From positions 261,746-325,745 of the forward strand of contig CACHCK010000001.1 of NCBI GenBank assembly GCA_902578305.1: a stretch of 64,000 nt of DNA. Direction: 5' to 3'. Shown here in pieces: positions 63,078 to 64,000 of the stretch (within the stretch, counting starts at the first letter, position 1; each line of letters opens with the position of its first letter). Below the pieces are notes generated by a model. The model was not told the origin of the DNA and made no database searches. It saw nothing but the letters and a program-made list of their open reading frames with translations. This stretch comes from an uncultured Pelagibacteraceae bacterium (GTDB taxonomy: Bacteria > Pseudomonadota > Alphaproteobacteria > Pelagibacterales > AG-422-B15). The position numbers were made by a program, and so were the translations under genes.

Positions 63078-64000
63078 ATGAAATTTTCCTTTATTTTAGT
63101 GTTACTTTATTTCTTCCTTTTCAAAAGTATAGTTAGCGCCGAGGTTATAGAGTATCTTTCTTATACTCCCAATAATTTTGAGGAAATATATCACGACAAT
63201 TTTAAAGAAAATCCAGTTCGATTATCAGGTGAACTAATTTTACCTGAAGGCACAGGAAAGTTTCCAGTTGTAGTATTACAACATGGAACAGGTGATAATA
63301 AAAAAAAATGGTACAAAAATTTAGCAAATGAACTTAAAAAAAATAATATAGGAACATTTATTAATGATAGTTACACAAATAGAGAGTTAAGTGGTGCGGA
63401 TTTAACACTTGCACCTAGAGTAATTGATGGCTTGTTTCTTTTGAATGCTCTTTCCAATCATCCTAAAATTGACAAAAATAGAATAGGAATTCAGGGATAC
63501 AGCTATGGAGGTATGGTAGCTTTTTTTACAGCATATGAAGGACTTATTAATAAAGTTGGTGTTCAATATGCTGCTCATATGCCAGTTTACCCAGGTTGCG
63601 ACGTGGTGATTAAAGATATGGTTACTACTTCAGCACCAATACTAATGATTATTGCTGAAAATGATGACTACGCACCTGCTGCTGATTGTATAGATTATGG
63701 CCCAAATATAGGAAAGATAAAAATATATAAAGATGCTTACCATGGTTTTATAAGTGCAAAAAAGAAAAAGGAATTTTTAAAAAACACTGGCCATTTTAAT
63801 GATTGTGAAAGAGGTTATATTCAAGATGATGGAAAATGGTTTTACAACGGTAAAACTAGAAATGGCACAGAGAGTGAAATATTTTCTGAAATCTGGAAAG
63901 AATGTGGAAATCAAGGAGTGCATATAGGCGGCACTAGCAAAATTAGAGAGCTTTTGATAGAAGATACAATTGAGTTTTTTAGTAAACATTTGCTTGAAAA
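63078..64000 (+). CDS. Exported dienelactone-hydrolase-like alpha/beta hydrolase (3'-truncated, absent from the ORF track)
   Basis: Hand translation from ATG 63078 is open to the window end: signal peptide, PVVVLQHG, RIGIQGYSYGG (Ser), AENDDY (Asp), AYHGF (His). Confidence 0.88.
   Translation, partial: MKFSFILVLLYFFLFKSIVSAEVIEYLSYTPNNFEEIYHDNFKENPVRLSGELILPEGTGKFPVVVLQHGTGDNKKKWYKNLANELKKNNIGTFINDSYTNRELSGADLTLAPRVIDGLFLLNALSNHPKIDKNRIGIQGYSYGGMVAFFTAYEGLINKVGVQYAAHMPVYPGCDVVIKDMVTTSAPILMIIAENDDYAPAADCIDYGPNIGKIKIYKDAYHGFISAKKKKEFLKNTGHFNDCERGYIQDDGKWFYNGKTRNGTESEIFSEIWKECGNQGVHIGGTSKIRELLIEDTIEFFSKHLLE

Overview
AT-rich, very compact chromosomal segment of an alphaproteobacterium. The gene order and compaction suggest a streamlined marine lineage (inference; no taxonomy search was run). 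It is almost all core genome: guaB/guaA, panB-yfgM-bamB-der, rpsF-rpsR-rplI-dnaB-alr, fabD/G-acpP-fabF-gmk, lptFG-lptD-surA-rsmA, pepA-ndk, purMN, aspS, class II RNR nrdJ, accBC-aroQ, rne, PBP1A-prfB, tyrS/anmK, cysE-iscR-sufBCDSU-msrB-sufT and tRNA-Lys(UUU). Accessory-looking genes sit after guaA (3189-7604) and after the tRNA (63078-end). I found no integrase, transposase, reverse transcriptase, CRISPR array or rRNA. Readable regulatory signals are tandem NrdR boxes 31 bp apart, an IscR type-1 operator and the prfB +1 frameshift. Best novelty candidates: (1) an msrB inside the IscR-controlled suf operon with both a signal-peptide start and a strong internal SD-ATG, possibly giving periplasmic and cytoplasmic isoforms; (2) a Der/EngA with only one GTPase domain; (3) an MMPL/RND transporter where an Mla-type ABC module usually sits; (4) an orphan GNAT-fold gene with a structured leader next to a photolyase; (5) degenerate or minimised core proteins (RNase E without Zn-link, SDR without catalytic Lys, SurA without parvulin domain). 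All are hypotheses from sequence reading only. Synteny comparisons come from my general knowledge of alphaproteobacterial gene order, not from a search.
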